From contig CBDVDH010000002.1 in NCBI GenBank assembly GCA_965372715.1, forward strand, positions 1 to 64,000: a stretch of 64,000 nt of DNA, read 5' to 3'. This stretch comes from an uncultured bacterium. Lineage in GTDB: Bacteria > B130-G9. Below are positions 38,283-48,053 of the stretch, one piece after another. A program made the position numbers and the translations under genes. Position 1 is the first letter of the stretch, and every line of letters begins with the position of its first letter. A model generated the notes under the pieces. That model worked only from the letters and a program-made list of their open reading frames with translations, ran no database searches and was not told the origin of the DNA.

Positions 38283-39574
38283 GCACCCTGGTTCTGGTCG
38301 GCCTGCAATGGGGCGACGAGGGGAAGGCGACGATCGTTGACGTTTTCGCAGCGCGAGCGGATGCAGTTGTCCGTTACTCAGGCGGCGCGAACGCCGGGCA
38401 CACGGTAGTCGTCGGCGACGAGAAATACGTCTTTCACCTACTGCCGGTCGGCGTCCTTCATCCTGAGAAGCTCAGCATAATCGGCAACGGCGTTGTGGTC
38501 GATGTTGAGCAGCTGTTCTCGGAGATCGACATGTTGAGGACGCGTGGCCTCGAGATCGGGGACAACCTCGTCGTCAGCTCCCGCTGCCACGTAACGTTTC
38601 CCTATCACAAGGCGCTCGAGAGACTGGCGGAGACGCGTCGAGGCAAGCAGGCGATCGAGACGACGCTGCGAGGCGTCGGCCCCACGTTCGTTGACAAGTT
38701 CGCCAGAGACGGCGTCATGGTCTGCGACCTGTTCCGCGAGGATATGTTGATGGAGAAGCTTCGTCGCAACGCTGAGGAGAAGAATTTCATCCTTGAACGA
38801 GGCGGGTCGGAGGCGCATTTCGATGCGGAGTCGCTGCTAGCGCAGTTGAGGCCACATGCCGAGCGGCTCAGGCCATTGGTCGGGGACGCCTCGCTCATCC
38901 TCTGTGACTACATCGATCGCGGCAAGAAGGTGCTGTTCGAGGGGGCGCAGGGGACGCTCTTGGACGTTGAGTACGGCACTTACCCATTCGTTACGAGCTC
39001 ATACCCTACAAGCGGCGGGGCGTGCGTCGGCTCTGGGGTGCCGCCCACGAAGATCGACAAGGTTGTTGGCGTCTTGAAGTCCTATTGCACGAGGGTAGGC
39101 GCCGGACCGTTCCCGACCGAGGACTTGGGCGAGCGCGGCAAGATGCTCAGCGAGCGGGGGAACGAGTTTGGCGCGACCACAGGACGGCCGAGGCGCTGCG
39201 GCTGGCTCGATTTCGTTGCGCTTAAGTATGCGGCTCGTGTCAACGGCATCACCTCTATTGTCGTAACGAAGCTGGATGTCTTGGATGAGCTTCACGAGAT
39301 TCCCGTCTGTGTCGCTTACGAATACAACGGCGAGAGGCTCTCGGAGCTGCCGCCGGAGATCGACATACTGGCCGAATGCAAACCAGTCTATGCCCATCTG
39401 CCCGGCTGGGAAGAACCCACGAGGGGCGTGACTGACCTGGCTCAGCTTCCCAAGAATGCCGTGGCCTACCTGCGCCGGATTGAGGAGGAGGCCAGTGTAG
39501 GCATCGGCATGGTATCGACAGGCCCTCAGCGGAAGTCCAACATCGTCCTGGACACGGACCTGCTCGCCTTCTAA
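38279..39574 (+). CDS. purA: Adenylosuccinate synthetase
   Basis: QWGDEGK, GGANAGHT, EGAQG, GTYPFVTSS, GATTGRPRRCGWLD and TKLDVLD motifs. Confidence 0.97.
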   Translation: MSTLVLVGLQWGDEGKATIVDVFAARADAVVRYSGGANAGHTVVVGDEKYVFHLLPVGVLHPEKLSIIGNGVVVDVEQLFSEIDMLRTRGLEIGDNLVVSSRCHVTFPYHKALERLAETRRGKQAIETTLRGVGPTFVDKFARDGVMVCDLFREDMLMEKLRRNAEEKNFILERGGSEAHFDAESLLAQLRPHAERLRPLVGDASLILCDYIDRGKKVLFEGAQGTLLDVEYGTYPFVTSSYPTSGGACVGSGVPPTKIDKVVGVLKSYCTRVGAGPFPTEDLGERGKMLSERGNEFGATTGRPRRCGWLDFVALKYAARVNGITSIVVTKLDVLDELHEIPVCVAYEYNGERLSELPPEIDILAECKPVYAHLPGWEEPTRGVTDLAQLPKNAVAYLRRIEEEASVGIGMVSTGPQRKSNIVLDTDLLAF

Positions 39575-39767
39575 ACCGGCTCAGGGACCGGGCGGCTTCA
39601 TTTGTCTGCAATTAGCGTGGATTTGCACGCAATCCGATACACCGTAGAGTCCCTGCTATTTGAGGCTCATCATTGAGCGCTACAATGGTTGACATAAGCA
39701 TGAAATGACGTAATGTCCATACAACACGCTAAATATGCGGCGGTATGTGATTACAGGGAGGAACGAT

Positions 39768-40958
39768 ATGACCATTGATAAGCCTTTGACTGAGATAACT
39801 GAAGCCGATCTTCAGTATTACGTGGATGAGAAGGTCGTTGAGAGGAAGACTCTCGAGTACAAGGAGGCCCTACCTGGCAGGGATGATAAGGCCAAGAAGG
39901 AGTTTCTGGCAGATGTATCGTCGTTCGCGAATGCGGCGGGCGGTCACATCATTTATGGAATCAAGGAGGAAAACGGAGAACCGGCGCAGCTTTGCGGCTT
40001 GGGAGAGATCAATGTGGATGACGAGAAACAACTCCTCGAAAACCTGATGCGGGATTGCCTGAGGCCACGCATCCCCCGCGTCGACATTCTGCCTGTTGGC
40101 TTGACAACTGGCGGTGTAGCGATTGTGATTAGCATTCGCACGAGTTGGGCGCTGCCGCATGTCGTGAGTTACCGTAAGCAATGGCGATTCTATTCACGGA
40201 ATTCGGTGGGTAAGTATCCTCTAGACGTTCAAGAGCTGCGCTCTCTCTTCGCGCTTTCTGAGACCAGGGCCGAGTGGATTCGAAACTTCCGGGCAGAGCG
40301 ACTCGCGAGGATTGTCGGGCACGAGCCACCAGTGCCCTTGCCGGAGGGAGCTAAGCTTATCGTTCATCTGGTTCCGTTTTCCGCACCCAATTTGGCCACC
40401 AAGTTCGATGTAACACTGGCTAAGAGATGTAGATCTAAGCCTAGACCAATTGACGCACGAGGTTACGGTCCCAGCCACCGGTACAACTTCGACGGCTGCC
40501 TTCTCTATTGTGAGACCTCTAACGTCCCCTACGTGAAGTCATATTTACAGTTTTTTCGGAATGGGGCTCTTGAAGCGACAACCGTATCGGGCCTCTCATA
40601 CAAGCCCAATGACGCAACTCCAAAATTCACATTTGAGGATTCGTTACTCGAGCGGCTTCCAGACTACTTAGAATTTATGAAAGAGGCCTGCATGGAGCTG
40701 CCAATTGCGTTGATGGTGAGTCTTCTCGGTATCAGAGGGTATGATGTGGAAGTAGGCCGCCATAAAGATACTCGCAGGATTCCCGACGAATTGCGTGGAG
40801 TTGAAAGGAATGATCTCATCCTCCCAGAAATTCTCATTGATAGCTGGGAGACCTGCGCGGAGGATATTCTGAGGCCGGTCCTGGATACCATTTGGAGCGC
40901 ATGCGGATTTCCGCGCTGCTTGCTCTATGACGAACATGGTAACTGGCTAGGGGAGTAG
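39768..40958 (+). CDS. Schlafen/AlbA_2-domain protein with uncharacterised C-terminal domain
   Basis: ERKTLEYKE and DVSSFANAAGGHIIYGI motifs, then LPH and FYSRNS. Confidence 0.8.
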   Translation: MTIDKPLTEITEADLQYYVDEKVVERKTLEYKEALPGRDDKAKKEFLADVSSFANAAGGHIIYGIKEENGEPAQLCGLGEINVDDEKQLLENLMRDCLRPRIPRVDILPVGLTTGGVAIVISIRTSWALPHVVSYRKQWRFYSRNSVGKYPLDVQELRSLFALSETRAEWIRNFRAERLARIVGHEPPVPLPEGAKLIVHLVPFSAPNLATKFDVTLAKRCRSKPRPIDARGYGPSHRYNFDGCLLYCETSNVPYVKSYLQFFRNGALEATTVSGLSYKPNDATPKFTFEDSLLERLPDYLEFMKEACMELPIALMVSLLGIRGYDVEVGRHKDTRRIPDELRGVERNDLILPEILIDSWETCAEDILRPVLDTIWSACGFPRCLLYDEHGNWLGE

Positions 40959-40977
40959 GGACTAATAGGACGCTTCG

Positions 40978-41139
40978 ATGCAAGGAAGTGACGTCGTCTT
41001 CTACCGAGAAGGGTGCCATTGGGTGGCGCAAGCACTGAATGTGGATGTCTCGTCGTTCGGGGATACGGTTGACGAGGCCCGTGCCGCCATCAGAGAAGCG
41101 TTGGAGCTCTATTTTGAGGATGACACTACGTCCGGCTAA
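40978..41139 (+). CDS. Short orphan HicB-like antitoxin (53 aa)
   Basis: MQGSDVVFYREGCHWVAQALNVDVSSFGDTVDEARAAIREALELYFED; below the ORF-track cutoff; no hicA adjacent. Confidence 0.7.
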   Translation: MQGSDVVFYREGCHWVAQALNVDVSSFGDTVDEARAAIREALELYFEDDTTSG

Positions 41140-41531
41140 TACGACCGCCGGGGCGCGTCGAAGGCGCGGCGGGCGTGCTTTTCGACGGTGAGGGCGCCGG
41201 CCTCGTCCTTGACGACGCTCACGATGTCGAAGCGGGCGTTGACCTTGTGCAGTAGGCCGTTCTTTCGCATGTAGGCCTCGGCCACGCGGTTGATCGTCCG
41301 CTGCTTCTTTCTGGTAACGGCGCGCTCGGGCTGGGCGACGTGCGTGCTCGAGCGCGTCTTGACCTCGACGAAGACCAGCGTCTCGCCCTCCTGGGCGATG
41401 ATGTCTATCTCGCCGGCCCTCGTCCAGTAGTTGACGGCCAGTATCTCGAGGCCCTCCTCCCTCAAGAACCTGGCCGCAAGCGCCTCGCCCGACTCGCCAA
41501 TCGGCCTCTCAGAACGCTTCAAAAGGCTCAT
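41136..41531 (-). CDS. yraN: YraN family endonuclease-like protein (UPF0102)
   Basis: GE-LA--FL, GEIDIIA, VFVEVKTR and RFDIV motifs. Confidence 0.9.
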   Translation of the reverse strand: MSLLKRSERPIGESGEALAARFLREEGLEILAVNYWTRAGEIDIIAQEGETLVFVEVKTRSSTHVAQPERAVTRKKQRTINRVAEAYMRKNGLLHKVNARFDIVSVVKDEAGALTVEKHARRAFDAPRRSY

Positions 41532-41547
41532 TTATAGTATGTTCCTG

Positions 41548-41697
41548 TCCACAGATTACGCAGATTACACAGATTTCAGAGGTAAGGAACACGACAGCTG
41601 AATGTTTTGCCTCGCAGGCTGTCCAAGATGTCCTCTGCTCATGGAATGAATCCCCTATACTCTCCCTCTAATCTGCGAAATCTGTGTAATCTGCGGA
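41548..41697. repeat. Inverted pair of 9-bp-period tandem repeats (CAGATTACR-like)
   Basis: tccacagattacgcagattacacagatt versus aatctgcgaaatctgtgtaatctgcgga. Confidence 0.7.
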
Positions 41698-41711
41698 TAG
41701 CTCCCGTGTGT

Positions 41712-43532
41712 CTAATAAACGCCAAAGTGCGAAGTTGCGAGGTTGGTCACAAAGTCGAACGTTCCGGGCCAGAAACCGGCCGCGAAGACGAAATAGTCGC
41801 CGGTCGGGACGCCGCCCGGAATTTGCAGCGCCAGGAGCTCGAACTCCGGGAGCGCGGAAAGAGCCGGTAGAACCACCGGGACAGGCTCTGAAATGCTGTT
41901 GAGCTGCGGGTAGAAGATGAGCTCGCCGGTCGGGAACATGATGGCGACATAGACGTCGAGCCAGAGCTCGCCCTTAAGGTTGGAGTATGCCCCGTAGAGG
42001 CTGAAATGCTCGCCGACCGAGAATACCGTGTCGTTTGGTCTGATCGAGAAAGTCGGTCCCCAGAAAGACTCTTGGAGAAAACCCGAGTAATCCACTCCGT
42101 CAGAGACACGGTCGCCCTGTCCGTAGGGATTGTAGAACCCGCCCGTTGAGGTGTCATCCGAGGTATCAGATGGCCCCGTCTCGTGTCCCCAGAAGCACTC
42201 TCGCGCCTCAACAACCGTGTGACCGCTCTCGTTCATCACCGCGTATTGGCTGTTCTCCAAGAAGTTGCAGTGGTCGATCGTGGGTTGTGCGCTGTCTCTG
42301 CAAAGCACCGCGGTTTCGTTGCCGATGAAGAAACATCCAAGCAGCGTGGGGTCAGCGTTGACGGCCTTTAGTCCGATTTCGACGGAGTGGGCGATGAGGC
42401 AGGTGTTGAAAAGCACATTCGCGCCCATCGAGAGATATACTGAGGCGCTTCCTTCTCTGCCCTGACCGCCAAACGACACGGCACAGCAGGATAGGAAAGA
42501 CGCGGCAGAGGAGCTTGACAGGAACCTGACGCCTGAGAAGTCCCCCGGCGCCGGCAATGTCTCATCTCCATCCCCGTTGGAGTCGCCGCCTGCCCAGTCG
42601 TTCGCATACGATGTGAATGTTACTCGCTCAAGCGGGGTTCCCTCCGCACGGAGCTCGCCATAGACGTCGAGGCGCCCTTCTGGATTGATGAATTTGACGA
42701 TTGTTCCCGGCTCGAGAGCGAGCGTCGTGTCGCGAGCGATGTCAAGCAGGCCCACCCCTCCGAACAGGCTGACGACGTAAGGGATACCCGGATTCTGCCA
42801 GGTTCCGGACTGCTGGATCGTGCCCGATGCGAGAAGCACCCCTCGGTAGGCGTTGTCGATGAATACATTGCCCGAGTAGTCGGGGAACGAATCGAGGCTG
42901 CGCTGGTAGATCGGGAACCTCTCGCACTCGATGAACGTACAATCCGTGATTCTGGGCGACGCGCCGTCGGTCAGGATGCCGTAGAGGCCGCTATACTTGA
43001 ACTCGCAGTTCTCGATGGCTATGTCAGCGCCATCCTCGCATTGGACTAGGCCCAACACATCGTTCTCACTTGCGCCGCCATACTCAAAGACGCAGTTGGT
43101 GAGTCGGCTGTGGGCCACGCCGGGGCCGGAGAACCTGATGCCAGACCAGTCGCGCGGAAACGGCGGCGTATTGTTAGTTGAAAACAGCACTCCATCCGCG
43201 ATGAGCGTCCCATAGACTGTGAAGTTGGTCGGTCCGTCCTTGAACTTGATAGCAACGCCCGGCTCAATTCGCAGCACGCCGGTCGGCTCAATCACTATGT
43301 CCGACTCGATGATGTAGGGCAGGCCACCTGGCTCGCCGTCGCAGTTGTCCCCGCCGATGATGCCGTTAGTGCCCAGCACAACCTCGCCGGATATACTCCG
43401 GTCGTGTATCTGGTAGAGGCACTCCTCGCCAACCAAATAGTAGTCCCGTGAAATGTAGCTCGCTGCCATAAGGTCGAGCGGCGCCAGGGCAGTGAATAGT
43501 CCAACCAGAGCCAAGATTATCGTCCGATTCAT
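41712..43532 (-). CDS. Secreted right-handed parallel beta-helix repeat protein with shared C-terminal domain
   Basis: Signal peptide; L-IEPG--IKF, DWSGIRF and NC-F repeats, NFLEN/WG motifs; C-terminal domain shared with 122 and 45549. Confidence 0.8.
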   Translation of the reverse strand: MNRTIILALVGLFTALAPLDLMAASYISRDYYLVGEECLYQIHDRSISGEVVLGTNGIIGGDNCDGEPGGLPYIIESDIVIEPTGVLRIEPGVAIKFKDGPTNFTVYGTLIADGVLFSTNNTPPFPRDWSGIRFSGPGVAHSRLTNCVFEYGGASENDVLGLVQCEDGADIAIENCEFKYSGLYGILTDGASPRITDCTFIECERFPIYQRSLDSFPDYSGNVFIDNAYRGVLLASGTIQQSGTWQNPGIPYVVSLFGGVGLLDIARDTTLALEPGTIVKFINPEGRLDVYGELRAEGTPLERVTFTSYANDWAGGDSNGDGDETLPAPGDFSGVRFLSSSSAASFLSCCAVSFGGQGREGSASVYLSMGANVLFNTCLIAHSVEIGLKAVNADPTLLGCFFIGNETAVLCRDSAQPTIDHCNFLENSQYAVMNESGHTVVEARECFWGHETGPSDTSDDTSTGGFYNPYGQGDRVSDGVDYSGFLQESFWGPTFSIRPNDTVFSVGEHFSLYGAYSNLKGELWLDVYVAIMFPTGELIFYPQLNSISEPVPVVLPALSALPEFELLALQIPGGVPTGDYFVFAAGFWPGTFDFVTNLATSHFGVY

Positions 43533-43544
43533 CACACCCTCCAA

Positions 43545-44420
43545 TTATGAGTAGTTATTCGCCATCGTCTGCACGAGTTCTGCCGCGTTGTAGGAACTTC
43601 TCACAAGCGGACCGGCCAAGACGTGTTTGATCCCTAGTGACTCGCCTCGCTTGCTGAGGTCGTCGAAAGCGGCCGGTTCGTAGTACTTAGAAACGGGCGC
43701 GTTGGCCCTCGACGGCTGCATGTACTGGCCGATTGTAACAGCATCCAGACCTATCGAGGCGAGGTCCGAGAGCACCGCCTCGACCTCTGAGAGCGTTTCT
43801 GAAAGGCCGATCATGAGCCCTGACTTAGTGATTACGTTGGGCTCGGTGTCCCTCACAAGACGAAGCAGCTGAAGCGATCTCTCGTAATCGGCGCCCGGCC
43901 GAACGCTTGGATAAAGCCGCGGCGCCGTCTCGACATTGTGATTGAACACATCCGGTCTGGCCTCAACGACGGCTCTGAGCGCAGGTCTGTTGCCCCGAAA
44001 GTCCGGCGTTAGGACCTCTACCGTCGTGCCGGGATTAAGCTCTCGTATCGCCCGTATTGTTCTCACGAAGTGCGAGGCGCCTCCGTCGCGGAGATCGTCC
44101 CTCGTAACCGATGTTACGACGCAGTGTTTCAGGCCGAGCTTCTGCGCGGCGCGTGCCACGTTCGTGGGTTCAGTCGGGTCAAGCGCCGTCGGCTTGCCTT
44201 TCTGACAGCCGCAAAAAGCGCAATCCCGCGTGCAGATGTCGCCCAGAATCATGAACGTGGCGGTATCACGCGAGAAGCATTCCGCGATATTTGGACACCG
44301 CGCCTCCTCACAGACTGTGTGCAGGCCCAGACTGCGCAGCAGCTTCTTGGTGCTGTGAACTTGGGGCGTGAATCTGTGTGGCGCCCGCAGCCAGGGCGGG
44401 AGATGCTGCCGGAGGCTCAT
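43545..44420 (-). CDS. lipA: Lipoyl synthase
   Basis: CEEARCPNIAEC, CTRDCAFC, FNHNVET and VRSSY motifs. Confidence 0.96.
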   Translation of the reverse strand: MSLRQHLPPWLRAPHRFTPQVHSTKKLLRSLGLHTVCEEARCPNIAECFSRDTATFMILGDICTRDCAFCGCQKGKPTALDPTEPTNVARAAQKLGLKHCVVTSVTRDDLRDGGASHFVRTIRAIRELNPGTTVEVLTPDFRGNRPALRAVVEARPDVFNHNVETAPRLYPSVRPGADYERSLQLLRLVRDTEPNVITKSGLMIGLSETLSEVEAVLSDLASIGLDAVTIGQYMQPSRANAPVSKYYEPAAFDDLSKRGESLGIKHVLAGPLVRSSYNAAELVQTMANNYS

Positions 44421-45364
44421 CGGTCCTCTGAGAAGCGCCTTATCCAGAGGTCTTTGTATCCCTGTTTTACGAGTTTTCTGGCCGTGGCGTCGTAGTCTGC
44501 CGCCGTGTTCTTTCTTCCGACGAGGACGAGATATAGACGAGCCTTATTGCTTACGGGCTTCAGCCACGCCTTGAAGCCCAGACGCTTGAGCTTTCGGACT
44601 TCGGCCCAAGCGTTCGCGTGCGACTTGTATGCCCCCAATTGAATGGCGAAGTACGTTGTGGTCGAGGGCTTCTTACCGCTGGGCGCAGGTCTCTTGACGG
44701 CGGGAGCCTTCTTGACGCTGACCGCTTTGGGCGTCTTCTTCGGAGTCGGCGAAGGACTCAGCGTCGGCGTCCTCTTGGGCTTCGGGCTGGGCCTTGCTTC
44801 TGAAATGGCCTTTGACGTTGGTCTCTTTGTCGGTGTTGGCTTCGCTTCCGGGGACTTGGCTGGGCTTGCAATGGGGGATGCCGAAGGTGTGTCGCTTGGG
44901 AGCTCGTAAGCTTGCGACGGCGAGCCAAACACTCGCCAGGGCACGGGTTTCTCCTTCTTCTTTCTGGCTTCAGTTTCGCTCTTTGCAGTCTTGTCGGCTG
45001 TCGTCGGCTGAGGCGTCTCCGCCTTGACCTCCTGAGTCGCCTCGGTCGCTCCTTCCTGCTTCGCCCCCTCCTTGAAGAGGTCCTCCCGCTCGAGCTTCGC
45101 AGTGACGTTCTGGTCAGGATAAGGCCCGAGATAACGGCCGACGATAGCTCCAAGTGTGAATGCCGCGAATATCACGAGCGCTGCGCCGAAAACTAGTAGA
45201 TAAAGGTCGCGTCCCTTGAGGGTCAGGTGATATCTGACTGGCAGCTTGGGAGTCCTTCCGACCTCAGGCTCGTCCGTGTCAAACTCAGGCGCTGCCTCGG
45301 ACGTGTCGTCGGCCCCCTCTTCAGCCTCCTCGCCGCGCTGGGGCGATGTCTCTTCCTCCGCCAA
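44417..45364 (-). CDS. SPOR-domain membrane protein with Pro/Lys/Thr-rich linker
   Basis: Single TM, low-complexity linker, C-terminal FAIQLGAY..A...L..YLVLVG; RBS AGGAGG before TTG. Confidence 0.8.
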   Translation of the reverse strand: MAEEETSPQRGEEAEEGADDTSEAAPEFDTDEPEVGRTPKLPVRYHLTLKGRDLYLLVFGAALVIFAAFTLGAIVGRYLGPYPDQNVTAKLEREDLFKEGAKQEGATEATQEVKAETPQPTTADKTAKSETEARKKKEKPVPWRVFGSPSQAYELPSDTPSASPIASPAKSPEAKPTPTKRPTSKAISEARPSPKPKRTPTLSPSPTPKKTPKAVSVKKAPAVKRPAPSGKKPSTTTYFAIQLGAYKSHANAWAEVRKLKRLGFKAWLKPVSNKARLYLVLVGRKNTAADYDATARKLVKQGYKDLWIRRFSEDR

Positions 45365-45397
45365 TTGATTCTCCTCCTGGCATGTATTGTATCGAGG

Positions 45398-45427
45398 ATT
45401 TTACGCCCCGCAATCCTGAAGTGTCAA
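45398..45427 (-). promoter_or_regulatory. Putative sigma70 promoter for SPOR-lipA operon
   Basis: TTGACA-18nt-TAAAAT on the minus strand. Confidence 0.5.
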
Positions 45428-45548
45428 GCTGTGTCAGGAGGGCTTCTGTAGGCAGGAAATGCAGAATCATCCTTTTCTGCTGACGCAGCCATAGGCTACT
45501 GTGGGGCAGGGGGCTCCCGTGGATAGCCCCAACTTCACACTAGGAGCA

Positions 45549-47405
45549 TTATGGCCAATCCACGCGGAATTTGCGTGACAGACACGCAGAAATGGGGGAC
45601 AGCGTCCCAGCGTGGTTGATCAGGACACCGAATTTAAAGAAGTGGGGGTAGGGATATGATCGCTCGGCAACCTCGAACTCGAACACGACCTCCGGCCCAT
45701 ATACGAAGCCTTCTGGAATCACGAAGTCCGAAAGCCACGGTTTGAACTTCTTGTCTATCCGCTCTGGAGTGATGTAGCAATTCATTCCCTGGCTCCGGAA
45801 AAACACCACCAGATAAACGTCAACGCAGACTTCTTGTCCGAGGTTCTGCCCCTCCAGTGACAGCGTTATGCGGTCCCCGGGTTGAAAGGGACCTCCGTTG
45901 ACGGCGCACTTGCTCTCGAACTTGGCGTAGGGTAACTCCGGCGTGTAATGGAAGCCCATATCAACCGGGGGCTGATCAGGTTCCTCATCACTTCTGGTCG
46001 TGAGATTCCTGGGTATCTCATGATTGACAAAAACAGCGCCTGCATCGATACACGGACTATCGACATCTTGGCCGGCGTCGCGTGAGGAGAGATAGAGACT
46101 ACCCTGTGGACCAGCTACAAACAGAGGGTCATCTGAGATGTTCCCCTCGCCGCCCAGAGACCAATCCCTGATGCAGGAGTAACGCGGTGTCGCGATCAGG
46201 TAGGGGGCATGGAAGTCACTGGCTTCAGGGGCGCTGTTACCCCAGATGATGCTGCTCTCGATGCCAGAGTAGAAGCCCTCATGATACACGCCTCCCCCCT
46301 TTAGTCCTGCCCTATTACCAACAATTGTGCAGTTACCAAACGTAATGCCAGTGGACAAAAACGGAGCGTAAACCCCACCTCCGTTCTCGTAAGCCTCATT
46401 ATACGCTATCAGACAGTTGGTCGCGTGGGATGACATGTCACATTCAAACAGGCCCCCTCCATTTTCCGCTGTATTCCCTACGATTGCGCAATTGAAGAGA
46501 TCAGTCTTCCCGCATCCGACACCACCGCCCCGGTTATAGCTGATCAGACAGTTTGAGATAATACCCTCGTAGCACGTAACGCCCGTGCCGGAGTTACCAG
46601 TAACAGTGCAATTGAACATGATCCCCCTGAATGCTGCGACACCCTTCCCGGAGTTCTGGCTAATGATACAGTTGCTCATTACACCATCAGCCCATATCAT
46701 CCCATTGCACTTGTTGTCGGTGACCAGGCACTCTGTGATAATCGCATGGCAGTCGGAGACAGCTGCTCTATCCGAGTAAAGGCTAGCGTTGAGGATTTCG
46801 TTCTCCGCAATGACGCAATTGCTGATCACGCCACAGCAACGTTCCATCCCCGCGCCGTTTGACATCCTCCCAGTGGCTATGTTCCTGCTGATGATACAGT
46901 TCCGTATATTGCATTCAGCGTCCTGGCCCTTGATTCCCGCCCCCCTTCCGGCTATCTCACCGTTTGTGATCGTGAGGCCCGACAGCTCGCAGGTATCGTT
47001 CTCGGTGCCGGCGAACGTGACGACGGAGCCGCTCGCCCCATCGTCTATGGCCATGCCGTTAGTGATCGTGAAGCCCGACAGCTCGCACGTCTCGTCCTCG
47101 GTGCCGGCGAAGGTGACCACGGAGCCGAGCTGCTGACCGTCTATCACCGTCGCCTCAACAACGTCCCGGTCCCAGATGTCCGTCGAGGTCAGGACGATAT
47201 TCTTGCCCAGGAAGTGGATGTTCTCGTAATACGTGCCCGGATGCACAATGACTGTGTCGCCCGTTGCGGCGGCGTCAATCGCCTCCTGAATGACCGCAAA
47301 ATCCCCAGAGCCGTCGAGCTTGACGTGATACTCCGCGGCGAATGCAGAAGTGCCGATTGGGAAAACAACCAACATGACGGCCACTGCGATCCAATACGCT
47401 CTCAT
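45549..47405 (-). CDS. Secreted parallel beta-helix repeat protein with shared C-terminal domain
   Basis: Signal peptide; IQEAIDAA--GD-V-V-PGTYYENI, NC-I--N/GGG repeats, GNISDDPLF, SPCIDAG and DMGFHY motifs. Confidence 0.8.
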   Translation of the reverse strand: MRAYWIAVAVMLVVFPIGTSAFAAEYHVKLDGSGDFAVIQEAIDAAATGDTVIVHPGTYYENIHFLGKNIVLTSTDIWDRDVVEATVIDGQQLGSVVTFAGTEDETCELSGFTITNGMAIDDGASGSVVTFAGTENDTCELSGLTITNGEIAGRGAGIKGQDAECNIRNCIISRNIATGRMSNGAGMERCCGVISNCVIAENEILNASLYSDRAAVSDCHAIITECLVTDNKCNGMIWADGVMSNCIISQNSGKGVAAFRGIMFNCTVTGNSGTGVTCYEGIISNCLISYNRGGGVGCGKTDLFNCAIVGNTAENGGGLFECDMSSHATNCLIAYNEAYENGGGVYAPFLSTGITFGNCTIVGNRAGLKGGGVYHEGFYSGIESSIIWGNSAPEASDFHAPYLIATPRYSCIRDWSLGGEGNISDDPLFVAGPQGSLYLSSRDAGQDVDSPCIDAGAVFVNHEIPRNLTTRSDEEPDQPPVDMGFHYTPELPYAKFESKCAVNGGPFQPGDRITLSLEGQNLGQEVCVDVYLVVFFRSQGMNCYITPERIDKKFKPWLSDFVIPEGFVYGPEVVFEFEVAERSYPYPHFFKFGVLINHAGTLSPISACLSRKFRVDWP

Positions 47406-47611
47406 CTTACAAGCCTCCAGTTGAGTCAGGTTAATATCATCTAAAATATACACTTATTCATCAGGAGATTCCATGTCAAGTTGGTAGAATACCTGCTAAT
47501 TGCGAAAAATGAGATCGACGCTCACGGACATCGTGTTTTGAACGCGCTTGAGGCATTCACGGGGCGGTCTTGCTGCATACATAGGCGATGCGCCTTGCAT
47601 CCGTTGGGTGA

Positions 47612-47791
47612 TTTGGAGTGCGTCCGCCGCGCGGCGGACGCTTTCACTCGCCGCGGCCTGACGCGGCATCTGCCCTAATTAAATGACTCCGCGTTCTGCA
47701 AACCACCTACCTGACCGCTCATAACGCAGTCCTGAGAAGGCGGTGCCAGGTCACCACCAATGAAAGCGGCGTCAGGCCGCCGCACTCCAAA
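47612..47791. repeat. REPIN/MITE-like element of two inverted hairpin arms
   Basis: Terminal inverted repeats tttggagtgcg / cgcactccaaa, inner gctttca / tgaaagc, each arm palindromic; related copy at 1-60. Confidence 0.75.
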
Positions 47792-47934
47792 AGGCCCTCT
47801 TTGCTCGGCCCAATCTGATTTTTCGGGCTAATTGCGTGCTCTCTTCGAAACGCAACCGGCACGTTGCGAGGAGTTTGCTCTCGCCGTTAGGCGGAGTCAT
47901 AGACATTGGAGGTCGGATTCGTGCTTTTTGCCAC

Positions 47935-48053
47935 CTCACCGGGTGGATCGATTTTGATCCACTTCGCTTCGAGTCCGTGCGTGCCGTCGCACCGGATTCG
48001 GCTTTGGGACGCAGATCGCTGGAGGTGGGTCAAGGATTGACCCACCCCGTGAG
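47935..48053. repeat. Second inverted hairpin-pair element
   Basis: ctcaccgggtggatcgattttgatccac and gtgggtcaaggattgacccaccccgtgag are imperfect inverted copies, each self-palindromic. Confidence 0.55.

Noticed and set aside
41548-41697. Possible CRISPR-like repeats
   Set aside because: Units are 9 bp, tandem and inverted, with no unique spacers and no cas genes.
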